64,000 nt of DNA, from the NCBI RefSeq assembly GCF_018977255.1, contig NW_024704742.1, positions 61,878,001 through 61,942,000 of the forward strand. The letters run 5' to 3'. The position numbers and the translations under genes are program-made. Numbering within the stretch: the first letter of the stretch is position 1; every line of letters begins with the position of its first letter. Source of the DNA: Callorhinchus milii (lineage: Eukaryota). The notes under the pieces are model-generated. The model searched no databases, was not told the origin of the DNA, and worked only from the letters and a program-made list of their open reading frames with translations. Positions 1-13,528 of this stretch are shown here, one piece after another.

Positions 1-496
1 CTGAGCTATTGAAGAGGTTTTTATATTTAATATACATAGTCTGAAGTGTAATTAAAACATATAAAAATGCCTGAAGCCAGATAATGTTATTGCTTTTCTT
101 GGCAATGCACAGGCAAGATAGAACAAGTGCTCTTGGTTTAGTGAAGTGCTTTGTCGATTTCAGCTTGTCATAAAAAAACACTCTGAACAGCAAGTAAAAG
201 TATAGGAGTTCACTTCTATTTGGCAGAGTTCTCCAAAGGAATATTTAAGACAATCCACTTACACTGTTTAAAAAGAACATCTTTACAGTAATCTCAAACC
301 ATTCAATATTTTTTGTTTTCTTTTTCTTTTCCACTTTTCTCCTCCATCTTTCTTGAAGATGCTAATGCTTATTATTAGATTATTATGATTATTATGATTA
401 TTATTATGCTCTCTAGTAGGATTGCTGTAAAGTGTAGTGACTGTATTTTGTAGGTTGAACATGGCAGTCCATTTGGGTGCGGCAATCTGCCATGAA

Positions 497-800
497 ATAA
501 ATAATAATAATCCTTGCATTTGATATAGCGCCTTATCACATCTTCGAGACTTCTCAAAGCGCTTCACAGAATATATTGTAAAATGAATTGACTATATATT
601 TTTGTGGATGAAACACTGCAGCCAATTTTGCACAACAGTGTCCTACAACCAGTCGTGGATTGAAGTGACCAAATTATTATTTTTTTTTGAAGGAATTATT
701 ACACCCGGAAAAGCAATCTACCAATCAACTAACAACCGGGTTCCTACTTACTGCTAGGTAAACAGAGGCTTGTGGAGTAAGGAAACTTGTTTAACATTTC
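497..800 (-). mobile_element. tRNA-derived SINE (Deu-type 3' core, L2-derived tail), head truncated
   Basis: Reverse complement of the family body seen at 1090, 11313, 26072 and 47845; starts with the (AAT)n-CCTTGCATTTGATATAGCGC tail. Confidence 0.9.
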
Positions 801-818
801 CTTTAACAAGAGGCATGT

Positions 819-1078
819 CACCCTCCAGTCCATCGCTCGAATGTCCATTCTTGATGTATGAGTATGGACCCTGATTTTCAAATAGCAGCTCAATCATCGC
901 AACTGAGCCTGATCTTATCCTGACTTAAATACACATTCTGTCAGGAGTTATGGATGAAGGTAGAAACCTTCTCCTCACCTGCCAAATGAATACAGAGGCC
1001 AATTTCAGACTCAGAGGCCGACTGCTGGGCTACCTGAGATGAGCTAAATTTAGCTAAGTCCAGGGACCTTCTGAATCC
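819..1078 (-). mobile_element. AmnSINE2-like ancient SINE
   Basis: Colinear blocks CCATTCTTGATGTATGAG, CTGAGCCTGATCTTATCCT, GAGGCCAATT, CTGAGATGAGCTAA and GGGACCTTC resemble the reverse complement of the AmnSINE2 consensus as recalled. Confidence 0.65.
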
Positions 1079-1089
1079 TGTAACAGATT

Positions 1090-1448
1090 GGAGTCCCATA
1101 GCATAATGGTTAGCGAGCTCGCCTCGCAAGGGAGAGGACCCGAGTTCAATTCCCAAGCGGGGCGAAGTCTTAAGCAAGTTTCCTTACTCCACACGTCTCT
1201 GTTTACCTTGCAGTAGTAAGAATTCGGTTATTAATCAATTGGTGGATCGTTTTCTGGGGATAATCATCCCTCAAAAAAAGAATTTGGTCATTCCATCCAC
1301 AACTGTTTGTGGAACACTGCCTGTGTACAATTGGAGGCCTCGTTTTGCACACAAATTACAGCCAATTCACTTTACAATACATTCTGTGAAGTGCTTTGAG
1401 AAGTCTCAACAACGTCATAACACACTATGTCAAATGCAAGGATTATTA
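1090..1448 (+). mobile_element. Full-length tRNA-derived SINE
   Basis: GGAGTCC start, A-box-like TAGCATAATGG, B-box GAGTTCAATTCC, family core and CAAATGCAAGGATTATTA tail. Confidence 0.9.
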
Positions 1449-3049
1449 GGCCTTATCAACCAAGATCACAAGTTAGTTTTCATAATATCTTATGATGATC
1501 TTATGGACATTTCAACTGCAATTTCTATTCCAAGTGAATGTGGACACTTGCATTAATATATCCTCATCTGCCTGAGTAACTGAAATGATTTCTTCGAAGG
1601 TCAAAAGAAACAATATTTTTTTAATACAGTAAAAATGAATCAAGTTTGTTCACTGAAACACTGAGGTGAACATTACAACCTTTGATATATTAATTAACAC
1701 TGGTCTTAATTATCATATTATTGCACTTGGTGTGTAAGATTTAAATCGGAGAAGCACTAAACAACAACAGTTTACATTTATATACATTTATTCATTTCAC
1801 ATCAGGCAGGCATCTCACAGCAATTCACACAACTTACAATGCACTCAAGATGGAATTGGGGGAGGGGGAAAGGGGAAGAGCTGAGTAGTGTTCATGAGGG
1901 AGGGGAAAAATAATAATAATCTTTGATATAGTTAAATCACAGTCAAAAAGACATGACAAAAAAGTAATATGGCCAAAAGGTACAAAAAGTGCCCTGCACA
2001 CGCCATGTAACAGATCTGTTAGTACATTTAGTAAAATATTTATAAACAAATGTAAATTTATGAATAAATGTACATTGAGAAGTAAATGGACTGCAATTTT
2101 AAATTATAAATACTGTGAATGGTGGTATCAACATACAATGCAACATTATTTTCATAATAGCTTTACATACATCAAGACCGGGTCATCAAACGGAGCAGAA
2201 TAAACCCTTGCAATGTACCGTAGAATTTAGATTTGTACTTGGTTGTCTTGTTATTTAAGAGCTCCAAGACATGAAGGATACTTTATCAATGAAAGTTGTT
2301 GTTATTGCTGTTATTACCCAAATCTTTCTTTTTTCTAATCTACTGTACATAAATGGAATATAATACCGATCTACTGTACAGATGGAGTCATTGTTAATTC
2401 CTAAAACACTGATGCTTGAAATCAGAATTAAGACAGAAGGCAGGATTACATAGGTGTTGGTTGATAAAAGGAAAATGGATGCTTAAAAAGATAGCTTAAA
2501 CGTTATTTATGATGCATATGTAGCTCCAGAAGCTCAATGGTATATCACAATGACAGGAAGCTTGAAATGTTACTTCAAAGGACACATTCATCTGTTGCAG
2601 TCTCACTTAGTTCAATTTAGTAAAATATTATGGCTGGTGGAATTTCACAGTATTTTAATAAATTGGACTAAATTACAATACTAAGAATTGAAAGGAAAAA
2701 CAGCCATCTTTGATGCCTACAACAAATGTTTTAATTTGTACATCTTTTTTCAATCAGTATTAATTTAGTTGCCTCTACAACCATTTGCTGTCCACGCGTA
2801 TGAACATATGTGATCCCTCTCCCCGATGTGCATGGGTGTTCCACTTTCCCTCCCCCCCATCCCAACACTGTGCTCTGATGTTCCTATCCTAAATACAATG
2901 ATTGTTTCCATACCTAGACCTAACCATTATTGGACTTGCCAACCACAGATTTCAGTGCCGGATTCTGCAATACCAGATCATCTCTCATTTTCATTCACAG
3001 GTGATTGCTGCTAAGTTTAATGACTGGTTCTAGTGGCAAACATAGCAGC

Positions 3050-3325
3050 TGTTTATGCAACCCAAGACTGCCAAACAGCCGTGTGGTAAATTATCAATGA
3101 ATTATTTTTGACTAGTTTCATAGGATTTTTAATGTCCATTTAATACTGGCGGATGGGAGTTCTTGTTTTAAGGTCTTATCTGAATATGGCACTCCAGACA
3201 ATGCAGCACTCCCCTGCATTTAAATGTTGCATTTAAATGTTGCCCTGGATAGTGAGTTGAAAGTCCTGATGTGAGTCTTGAATCTTCAACCGTTTGTTTC
3301 AGAAGTGAGACCGCTTACCAACTGT
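3050..3325 (-). mobile_element. Old Deu-domain SINE (SacSINE1/AmnSINE1-like), 5' part
   Basis: GACAATGCAGCACTCCC ... CTTGAATCTTCAACC ... ACCAACTG matches the Deu core and head seen at 48167, 51108 and 44105. Confidence 0.7.
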
Positions 3326-3894
3326 TTGCTTTGCTAAAATTCAAGATTTTAAATGGCACATTGTTTGCTTTGACTTTTCCCCCAAAATAGGATTAGACCA
3401 TAAGAAATCATGTTGAGACAAAGCTACTTGATCACTAAATTAATGGTAACCTTATGAAGTAGAAAGTACTTGTTTACCTAGTATCTCCCACCTACCACCC
3501 ACTCAAGCAGAATCTGTATTAACAAGTCTCATTCATTAGGCAAACAGACTGTTCAACAATGAACACTTTGGATCACTGTGGATCTGCCTGTCTTAACCAG
3601 TTCAACCCCAGGAAGATCTTTTCTTCTTTAAGAAATAATTTAGCATTCGATCGTCAAATCGAATTTGACTGAGATCATAGCAGATAGTTATTCAGTTCTC
3701 AATCTCACTAAACTTCTTACTACTGTAAATTTGTAAGCATTCAACGAGAAAGTGGTACACTTTCCTGTGAAGTTCTATGAAACGTCCTACAAAGAAGAAA
3801 GCTACAATATCAAATAGTCATTATTATTCATGTATATTATTATATAATTTCAAGAAACATATATAGTTCGAGCTGTTGTTTTACAAACGATTCC

Positions 3895-4200
3895 TGGCAG
3901 GGTGGATTTTGGCAAATTTCCTTACTTCACACGCCTTTGTTTACCTAGCATTAAGTAGGAATCCAGTTGTTAAGTCGATTCGCAGATCGCTTTGCCAGGG
4001 TTAATAATTCCTTCAAAATAAGTTTAAAAAATAACTGATCACTCAATCCACGACTGTTTGTGGGACACCTGTACACAATTGGCTGCAGCATTTCATCCAC
4101 AAAATATACAGTCAATTCACTTTCCAGTATATTCTGTGAAGCGTTTTGAGACATCTGGAAGATGTGATAAAGCACCGTATCAAATGCAAGGATTATTATT
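3895..4200 (+). mobile_element. tRNA-derived SINE, 5' truncated
   Basis: TTTCCTTACTTCACACGCC..., family core and tail. Confidence 0.9.
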
Positions 4201-6174
4201 TTGAATTAATGAATGCTGACTGCCTGAATCACTTGCCCATCATGATTATTCTTTAAGCTACATGACAGTCTGGAGCTAGTTTTAAGAAATGCAGAGTTCT
4301 AGAGAGCCATATGAGCTTAAAGACTTGGCCAATAATGGTGGGTAAGTGAGGAACAAACTGTAGACCAGTGTAAGAGGAGTGGAGGTTATGGGCAGGAGGA
4401 CAGGGATTGGAAAAGAATGCAAAGGTAGGGAGGGAAAAGATTCCATGGTTTATTGATATTATCCCATGAGAAGCAAAATATTGTGCAATGCTGTTTACAA
4501 AAAGACTGAAGCTTTGAAGGAAAGCTCTGATTCTGTTGGTGGTTCTACTAAAACTTCAAGTCAGTTTGGATTTTAATTTTAGTGTAAAATCAAAGGACTT
4601 GCACAATTTCTGAAATAATCACCACTGCAGTATTTAACAATAAAACAGTTGGTGGTCTTTTCTGATTGTGATAAGCACCATGTTTGCTACCAATTGTGTT
4701 TTAAATGATGAGTATCATAGAATACATTTAGAATTAATTGCAGAGCATACAAAACAGTCAGTGTTCATAGCACTCTGAAGACATTCAATTCAAATCTAAA
4801 CATATTTAGTAATAAGATGCAGTAACACTATTTCAGTCCCCGAAGGGTTAATAAGAGCTAACTTTCTATCTGTAGCGATTCTATGTGTCACTGACTCAGA
4901 AAGCTGATGTTTCCAGTAACATCTGGCTCTTATATTTTCCCATTGGAATATGGTTTAGTGGTCACGATATTTGTTGATCAAGTCAGAAGTGCAATATTGG
5001 AAAGAGCTGCCAACAAGATCTTGGATCAAGCACCAATGCAAGTCTAGCAGTACTTTGAAAATGAGTCAGTTCCTCTGGCCTTCGGACTAAAATAATATTC
5101 AGTGGCTCCAGCTTCAAGCCTGTTTAATGCATCTGTCCAAATCCCATAATTACTTGGTCATAACATTGCCCGGCCAGTATCCAGCAAATGCGCCAGACTT
5201 CTAAGCTTGTTTTATTGTATTACTGTTTGATCTTTAGTTAAAAACATTTTTTTATTTTGGGTAGGAACAAAATCCTTGATAAAGAACAACAATTTGGAAG
5301 CATTTAATTTCAACTGTTTATCATGGAAATTATGTTTGAAATAACTCAGAGATAGAGAGAGGTATTTGAAAAATCGTGAAATAAAGGATGGAGGATATGA
5401 TCTCTTTTAGTTACTTTACATTATGGCAGATCTGCTCCAATTAATGCTTGTATCCTAATTTCAGAAGCTATATTTTGTGGATAAGCTAATTATCATTTAC
5501 TGGTACGTTTGTAAACACATTCTAGGAGTATGGCTTTAAGCAACGAGCTCCACAGTTACAGACCCTGGATTGGTGCTGCAAGTTCCTGGGTGTTCTTCCT
5601 GGTCTCTCATTACTTTGATTGCTGCTGGCTGATGAGTTATCCATCTTGTGGTTACACCAGGTCAGAGCCTGGCCATTTCCCACAGGCCCCCACAAGGCCA
5701 TCCTGACCCCACTGACAAAGTACAGGTTAGGCGTCAACTTAACTCCCGGGAGGAAAAAAAATTCAACCATCTATCCACTTTATTGGCTCCAGCTTTTTCA
5801 GCTGAGATGAGTTACAACTTCTTAAATACCACGTCTAAGGTCTGTATCAGGAGGTATAAATCAAGCGGTTGCACATCGATTTTCCCTTTCATTATAAACT
5901 AACCTGAATCTTAGCCTCATTGATTTGGTGCAAATTCCAAGCTAACAGGTTCGGTGTGAAAAGTATCCATTGATTTCAGGCTAAAATAGTTTTGTTCACA
6001 ATTCCATAGCTGAGCAGACAAGTAACTGCTGATGAAGTTCTGCCAATGTTATTCATAATGACAAGAGCATAAAAGATGTGAATGAAGATTGATGGACCTG
6101 GAAATTTAGATTCATGTCTCAACTCAATACTAACAAATGAGCTTTTCTGTCATGTAACAAACACAATTCCTGGA

Positions 6175-6481
6175 TGGGGCGAAACCTTAGGCAAGTTTCC
6201 TTATTCCACATATCTCTGTTTACCTAGCAGTAAGTAGGAACCCGATTATTAGTTAATTGGCATATCGTTTTCAGGGCGTCATTATTCCTTCAAAAAAAAT
6301 AATAATTTGGTCACTTAATGCATGACTGTTTGTGGGATATTACTGTGCGCAATCGGCTGCTGCTTTTCACCCACAAAATATACAGTCAGTTCAGTTTGCC
6401 ATATATTCTGTGAAGCGTTTTGAGACATCCCAATGACGTGATAAAGCGCTATATTAAATGCAAGGATTATTATTATTATTT
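6175..6481 (+). mobile_element. tRNA-derived SINE, 5' truncated
   Basis: GGGCGAAACCTTAGGCAAGTTTCC ... GGATTATTATTATTATT. Confidence 0.9.
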
Positions 6482-7411
6482 GGGACAAAGCACAATTTCC
6501 TATTCAAGACCATGCTTAAAGTATTACTTTTCTATTTGGCCAGCATGTAGGCATAAATTGCTTTTAAATTTATACAAAACACTTTCTAGGGTTCTTTAAA
6601 CTTTGCCATTTGGACAGATTTCATTGAATAGATATAATTATGTAAGTGGCCCATCAAAATTCAATGTGAGAAAATAGCTTGGTTTTGCCAGTGGTAATTG
6701 TTGGATGTAACTGTTGTTTGTAATGATGTTACCAGCACTTCCGCAAATTGAAGTTCTTCTGTGGAAATACTCTAACAAGCTCCAGCCATGAGTCTGACTG
6801 AAGCAGATGCCAGACTTTGTTTATTTAATAGTAATCAACATAGTAAATTTAGAATTGACCAGAATTAATTATAATATATTTACTCTTTAAAGGGGAAGAG
6901 AGGACATGGTTCTTGAACAAAACTGTCATGCAGCAGGAGAAAAAAAGGTTCATTTAATTATCAACCATTTTTGTCTGTCTGTATGGGTAGATCAATGTGC
7001 TGCAGTAATTCTATGCAATTCTGAATGATACATAAAAATCATGACAAGTAAATTAAAAAAAAGGAACCACATTTTAACAGAACTACCCTTCTTTCTCCCC
7101 AAGACTGCACAATTTCTGACCAAATATGGTGTGTCTACCAAGAAAGAAGAAGATAAAATATTATACTAGACCAGGAGGAAACTATCAGGGTAGTAGAAGT
7201 CTGAATAAGCAGGATAGTTGAACATCTATAAACAACATATTATTTATTTCAATTAGAATTTTAAAACATATGAATTTATATTTTCAGTGCCTTTTTCTGT
7301 TTATAAAGATGTATAGGTTTGAGACCATCCAAATTAATTTCATGCAGGATACTTACAGTGGTTAGAGAGTGGAAACTAATTTCATTATTCTATCTTCAAT
7401 TTTATCTCTGA

Positions 7412-7610
7412 TGATAATCCTTGCATGTGATATAGCACCTTATCACATCATCAAGACATTCTCAAAGCACTTCACATGATATGCTGTAAAGTGAATTGAT
7501 TGTATATTTTGTCGGTGAGGTGTGGCAGCCAATTACGCACAGCAGTGCGTAACAAACAGTTGTGGATTGAGTGACCACATTTTTTTTAAGGATTATTACT
7601 AGGTGTAAGC
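7412..7610 (-). mobile_element. SINE 3' half
   Basis: Reverse-complement tail and core of the same family. Confidence 0.85.
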
Positions 7611-8144
7611 ACGCATCATCTCGGTGGCTAAACTTTGGGGTAGGAAATGTTTTAACCAAGGGTTCATAGTATCCTTAATGTGATCCTGTTATTCCTTATT
7701 CAATTATTCATAAACTTCTTTTAATTTTACTTTACCTTTAATTTTTCATTTTGTTTTTGCTGAATTGTCACCATCAAGTAATGTCAGCACTGGGAATAAT
7801 GTTTATTTTTAATTTTTACCAAGTGTCTGAATGATGCACTCAGAGACAGCATGAGTTAGGTTCAAGTTATCTTTCCATCCTCCATAATACACCGATTCCA
7901 GTTATAGTTCAGCAACCTGGCTGAACTTTGCAGAGCTTCCATGCTAGTGGTTATTCTAGTATCATGGATTCTTTAAAGTCCACCTGAATAGGTAGATGGG
8001 ACCTCAATTTAACATCTTCTCTTAAGAATTTCATCTCTGACAATGCAGTGCTCCCCCAATATGTCACTGGAGTGTCAGCCTAGACTGTTGCAGTGGTGAA
8101 CTACACAAATATCAGGATGGTTTTATTGCAAGATAGCCGAAAGC

Positions 8145-8295
8145 ATGGTCAAAAAGGAAGGTCTTGGGCTGAACCTTGAAGGATGCGGAGGATGAGGCGA
8201 ATTGAAGGGATGGGGTCCTGGGTGCAGATACGCTGAAAGATGTCGACGGTAGATTTGATGGTAGGGTGGAATGGGGCGTGAAGTAAGCTGGTACC
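8145..8295 (-). mobile_element. L2 LINE 3' fragment
   Basis: Homologous to the L2 ORF2 end at 11040-11160 and 53702-53780. Confidence 0.7.
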
Positions 8296-9986
8296 CTCTG
8301 TTATTATTGTTCTCATTCTTTGTTTTAACAACATTAACATTTAAGCTTTTTTTAAATGAAAACGTTTGGATTGAATAAGTTACAATGGGAGTCTAAAACG
8401 CGGTGATTTCTAATACCATTCCTTGAAAAGGACGCCTTCCAGTAACTGTAACTAAGTCACCCTGACCCAGGGGATATCCACTACAGAAGTAAAATATGTC
8501 AGAATAGAATTCTCGTGGACCAAGATAACGTAATAATGGAAAGAATTCCCCTTCGCGGCTCTTATTTCAGATTCCTATTAGAAAGCACTGAATTTTAGAC
8601 CCCAATACCTGTTGCTGCATCACTAACTTGCTGCAGGAACCAAATGGGTGGTACGACAATGGAGTTTTGGCTACTAACAGCATGGCCTGAACAATTTGTT
8701 TGAAGTATGTTGAATTAAGAGACGTGAGACAGAATGTAACAGTTTCTGGGCTTCATTTCAGGATGCTGTAAGCGATCATATAGAAATTTATTTGAACCTA
8801 CGTGTTTACATATTAAAAATGGAATAATGTCATATATATGAAATTAAATTACAAAATGTGCTTCTACGTTCAAGTTTGCCAAGTTTATCTCAGTTTGATT
8901 GGAAACAGGCTTTAGCACAACATGAGCCAGCTAGCAATTACCTAATGACAATGGGCTCTATATTCTGATCATCGGGCACAAAGCCTGTCCGTCTGGCCAA
9001 GTAAGCCTGGGTCTTCACCCAGGCTATCTTCTGTTTAGTCGCATGACCCAGTTACTTAAATATATGAACCTTGGGAATTAGGTGTTTATGTATTTTCAGT
9101 GCTGTTAAAACTTCCTTTGAGTTTGAAATGAAAACAGAATTGCGTTCCAATGAATGGTCATGCTGCAAACGGTAACTGATCTTTCTATTTTAGGTGGGTG
9201 GATATCCAGCATTTTGGGGGGCGGGAGTGGGTATTGTAGATTTTCAGTGTGTTCAGTTTTTCCATTCTATTTCGACTCTGTTAATTTGTCTCTGACACTG
9301 CTGCACATGACATCATGGTGAGCAACAATTGCAGCCCAGCGACCCACACTTCAAATAAAACAGTGAAGAGTGCAAGTGGCAAGTGAAAAATGTCATTTTC
9401 GACATCCACTGCCTGACATTGATGTGGCAATAACCATATTGTTCATCTTCTTTTACCCAAATAATCTCATCCTCTTTCAATAAGTCTAGAAGTTCCCAAA
9501 ATATTATCGTTAATGTTTCCATGGAAATACTCATCAAGTTGGTGATCATCAAATCATCAAGCACTCATCAAATTGGCCGGACAGTAGGCTGAGCTGATGG
9601 TAGACAAACGTGCTTGTTTGATGAATGTATTCCAACTAATTAAATAGATTTATTGTAGCTCACATTACTTCATATGGTGGTATTAGTATTAGATTTCAAG
9701 AAAAGTTCAGATGTAGAAGCCCATTTGGTTTCATTCTTCCATTATACCAACTCTACTGTCTTCTCAGTAAGGTATCAAGCTGAGTGCAGTTTAATGTCTT
9801 GACCTTATTCCTCTTTCCTGGAAGTTCATTCCAGCTGCTGATTGCTCTAACTTTTAAAGAAATGCTTCCTAGCTTCTCTACTACACTTTCATGAAGTTAA
9901 ACTTAGGACTTCTTATTCTATAGGCCAAGTGGACGAGAGGACTCGGTCAACAAATATATTTTGCCCCAGGTTAACTGAATATTTTG

Positions 9987-10280
9987 GTAATAATAATCCT
10001 TGTATTTGATACAGCGCTTTTCATGTTTTCTAAATGTCTCAAAACGCTTCACAGAATATACTGTAAAGTGAATTAACTGTTTATTTTGTAGGCAAAGCGT
10101 GACAGCCAATAGCGCTCAGCAGTGTCTCACAAACAGTCATGGATTGAAGCGACCAATTTATTTTATTTGTTTTCTTGAGGGAATGGAGAATGGAAACTTG
10201 TCCACGGTTTCACCCTGCCGGGAATCGAACCCAGGTCTCTTGCTTGTGAGGCAAATGCTTCAACTGAGCTGCAGGACTCC
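9987..10280 (-). mobile_element. tRNA-derived SINE with internal deletion
   Basis: Tail at 9987; head ends ...CTGAGCTGCAGGACTCC; contains the B-box reverse complement GGAATCGAACC. Confidence 0.9.
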
Positions 10281-10299
10281 TAACCAGAGGACACGGCCT

Positions 10300-10490
10300 G
10301 CAATTGAAGGGGGGTGAATTCAGAACAAATCTGCGGAGACACTACTTCAATGAGCACCAGAAGTAGTAAATGTATGGGAAAGGCTCCCTACGGAGAGGGT
10401 GAAAGCAGAAATTGTCAATTCTTTCAAGAACAAATTAGATAGATTTCCATCAGGAAATAACATCATGGGATACAGTATATAGTTTGGGGC
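10300..10490 (+). mobile_element. CR1 LINE 3' ORF2 fragment
   Basis: Broken translation EFRTNLRRHYF..VVNVWERLP..VNSFKNKLDRF, the typical CR1 ORF2 C-terminus. Confidence 0.85.
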
Positions 10491-10779
10491 ATGACAGTTT
10501 TATATAAAATATATATAATATATTATATCATATGTAACAATATATATATTGTTGTATAGAAAGTAGATGCTATATTCTATAGCTGTCACAAGATGTGTTT
10601 TTCAGCTGGTTAAATTAGTGCCACGGAAATAGTTTGAGTTACAACATGAAACATTTTGGGCTCTGGGCCTAAGAAGAGAATTTCTGAATTAGTTCCAAAT
10701 CAGTCAATTATAATCTCTGGAGCCAAATATCTCTTCATTATAGAGTTGAAGTTAGTCGACAAGTTCAGGCTCATCATCC

Positions 10780-11292
10780 TGAAATATCTTGTCTTCTTCG
10801 TTACTTACACAATTAAGCTCCAGGCTCCATGACCCCATCACCCCCACCCTCGCTTGGCTCCACTGGCTCCCTATCCCCCAGAGGATAAAGTTCAAAATCC
10901 TCATTCTCGCCTTCAAGGTTTTCTATGGCCTTGCCCTCCCTACCCCTGTAACCAGCTGCCCCATATCAACCTGTAGCCTCCCTCCGCTCAGCAGGCTCTG
11001 GCCTGCTCCACGTCGCCCTCTTGGCCCACTCCACCATCGGGCAGTTGGGCCTTCAGGCTTCCTAACCCTGTCCTATGGAACTTCATCCCACATTCCTCGC
11101 TCCCTCGCTTGCCTCCTTCAAGGCTTATCTCAAAATCCTCCTCTTTGACCGAGCCTTCAGCCCCCTCCTACTCTCCCTGCCCTCCACCATCCCTGATCCC
11201 AGCCCCTAGCTTTGGTCCAAATTCCTGACTGTGCCTTGGGACATCCCACTGACATGAAAGGTGCCATACAAATGTAATCTTGTATTGTAATC
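10780..11292 (+). mobile_element. L2 LINE 3' end
   Basis: ORF contains PITPTLAWLHWLPIPQRIKFKILILAFKV (L2 HITP-L-LHWLP motif); ends in an L2 tail CAAATGTAATCTTGTATTG. Confidence 0.92.
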
Positions 11293-11312
11293 AAAGTTCA
11301 TTACTGTAGCTC

Positions 11313-11623
11313 GGAGTCCTGCAGCTCAGTGGTTAGAGCACTCGCTTTGCAAGTGAGAGACCTGAGTTCAATTCCAGGCAGGGCGAAACCTTGGGCAAGT
11401 TTCCTTACTCCACACGCCTAATAATAATCCCTCCAAAACCCAAAACAATAATAAATTGGTCATTTTCAATCTACAACTGTTTGTAGGACATTGCTGTGTG
11501 CAATTGGCTGCCGCGTTCGCCCACAAATATACAGTCAATTCACTTTACAGTGTATTCTGTGAAGCGCTTTGGGAAGTCCTCCCGACGTGAAAAGCGCTAT
11601 ATCAAATTCAAGGATTATTATTA
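11313..11623 (+). mobile_element. Young full-length tRNA(Ala)-like SINE
   Basis: GGAGTCCTGCAGCTCAGTGGTTAGAGCACTCGCTTTGCAAGTGAGAGACCTGAGTTCAATTCC head with intact A/B boxes; near-identical heads at 47845 (+) and 53471 (-). Confidence 0.95.
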
Positions 11624-12034
11624 CAGATAAATGCAAGGTGTTCCATGTATAAAGTAAAGGTAGAAATGGGGTAGAACTTGTCAAGGGAGTAATTGAAATA
11701 CCATGCAATACAATTTACATTTATAAAGCAACATTCACACGATGAAGACATTTCAAAGTGCTTAGAGAGTGCAGAGGGGAAAGAGATACACCTTGAGGTG
11801 GGCTTCTTCATTATCTAAACAATATAAGGTGCTGGAATTCATTACCGGATCATTTGAGTTCAAACCAGATTAAGGGATGAATAAAGAACCATTTTATACC
11901 ACATCCCCAATCAGGTATTTTATATATACTCACAAGCCAATTCCACATCAATGATACAACGCTTACATTAACACCATTTATTTTATAGCACAGAAGAAGG
12001 CCATTCGGACCGTCGTACCTGTTCTCGCTTTTTG

Positions 12035-12200
12035 GGGTATTTGGGGTGACGTAGGGTCGGAGGCAATGTGGCAGAGGTGGAAGAAAGCAGTCCTGGTTAG
12101 GAACCAAATGTGGGGTAGGCAGTCCATATTTAAGTGCAGAAAGTTGGAGCTTATCCTGGCCATGATGTCTGACAAGCAGGCAGACAGAAATCATTGGACC
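12035..12200 (-). mobile_element. L2 RT fragment, abutting a CR1 tail at 11982-12030 (-)
   Basis: SDIMARISSNFLHLN and TRTAFFHLCHIA resemble L2 WMxxNFLxLN and TAFFHLRNIA motifs. Confidence 0.75.
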
Positions 12201-12224
12201 TGGATAGACAGCTGGAATTAGGCA

Positions 12225-12475
12225 CCTGAGTTTAAAGATAGGTTACATAAAATTCAGATAGTAGCAGTAAAGAAAGAAGGAGTTTAAGAGGGTGGGGGAG
12301 AATCTGGAACTTGCTGCCAATAGCTGTGGTTGAAGCAAAATGCATCATATTTCAAAAGAAACTTGAAGCATATGTGAGAGAGAAGGGAATTAGAGTGGAG
12401 GAATATAAACATCAGCTCAGACTAGTTGGCCAAATGTCCTGTTTCTGTGCTATAACTTTCTATGCAGTTCTATGT
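12225..12475 (+). mobile_element. CR1 LINE 3' end
   Basis: IWNLLPIAVVEA..FQKKLEAYV followed by the 3' UTR GGCCAAATGTCCTGTTTCTGTGCTATAACTTTCTATG. Confidence 0.85.
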
Positions 12476-12934
12476 AAACTGTGTATGTTCACACTAAAGA
12501 AGAGAATGCACAGGAAGAGATCTTATTGAGTTCAAAGTCCAAATATGGAGGTTGAACCCTCTACCATCAACATTTTGATTCTGAGATGAGAGTGGAACCA
12601 ACTGAGCCAAGCTGTGCACAATCAGTGTGGATGTGTTTCAAAAATATGTTCCTTAAACTGCACTAATGAGGGCCATCTTATATCTGCTGCTGGCACACAA
12701 AATTATGTGTTAACGGCTGTCCAAATAAAGCCCTCAGGTTGAAATTTTGCAAAAAAATTCACCTAACATAAATACTTATTATCATTTCTGTGCTGGTGTT
12801 GCAATTATTTCTCGTGGCCTTTTAACCCTTTTCCTTCATGCAAAAACATTTCACTCAGAACAATTGTTCCAATGGGAAAGTTTCTCCAGTAAGAACATTA
12901 ACTTAACTGACGCAAGAACTAAATATTGATACTG

Positions 12935-13077
12935 GAAGAGAGTCTCCTCAGCTCCCGCCGATACCACCTCACTTCTGGTTTTGATTTCCTCAACCAACAC
13001 GGCCTCTCTCTCATCCTCATCCACCCAGTGCACAGCTTTGGGGTCTGGTTCAATTCTCAGCTCTTCTTTCTCCATCA
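12935..13077 (+). mobile_element. L2 RT fragment
   Basis: PVHSFGVWFNSQLFF resembles L2 VRNLGVxFDSxLSF. Confidence 0.6.
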
Positions 13078-13110
13078 ATAAACAACAACAAATTACATTT
13101 GTATAGCGCC

Positions 13111-13208
13111 TCAATTCACTTTACAGTGTGTTCTGTGAAGCGCTCTGGGACGTCCTCCCGACGTGAAAAGCGCTATATCAAATGCAAGGATTATTATTAT
13201 TATTATTA
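13111..13208 (+). mobile_element. 5'-truncated SINE tail joined to an antisense L2 tail
   Basis: TCAATTCACTTTACAG...(TAT)n directly follows AACAACAACAAATTACATTTGTATAGCGCC. Confidence 0.85.
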
Positions 13209-13330
13209 AGGTCACAACCAAACAGATGTATTTTCTGAATGGAAGAAGCAAATACAATACAAAACTAATTTACATTTATGTAGCTATTTTCATGTCAGAA
13301 GGATGGCCCAAGGTATTGGACAATCTAAGG

Positions 13331-13528
13331 CAGTGATGGCTCATCTTTTTTGATCGGCCAATAAAAAAAATTTTGTTGATTGAATATTTCTTGATTTATG
13401 CCATAAATCAAGAAAACCCGCAAACACTTTACTAATCGAACACAAACTTACCTAGACAAGTGCAAATATTGGGTGGTGGAGGGGTGCTCTTCTTGATAGC
13501 CCAGCAAGTCATAGTTTGACTGGCACTG
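13331..13528. mobile_element. Non-autonomous hAT (Charlie-type) DNA transposon
   Basis: CAGTG...CACTG termini; 8-bp TSD-like flanks ATCTAAGG (13323-13330) and GTCTAAGA (13529-13536), 6/8 identical and near the Charlie NTCTAGAN target preference. Confidence 0.7.

Noticed and set aside
4258..4341. Exon candidate ending in TGG|gtaagt
   Set aside because: The phase-0 frame has a stop and the sequence resembles an antisense L2 3' fragment.
11313..11386. tRNA-Ala(TGC)-like gene (also at 47845, 53471, 26072)
   Set aside because: No acceptor-stem pairing and no T-run terminator; continues into a SINE body.
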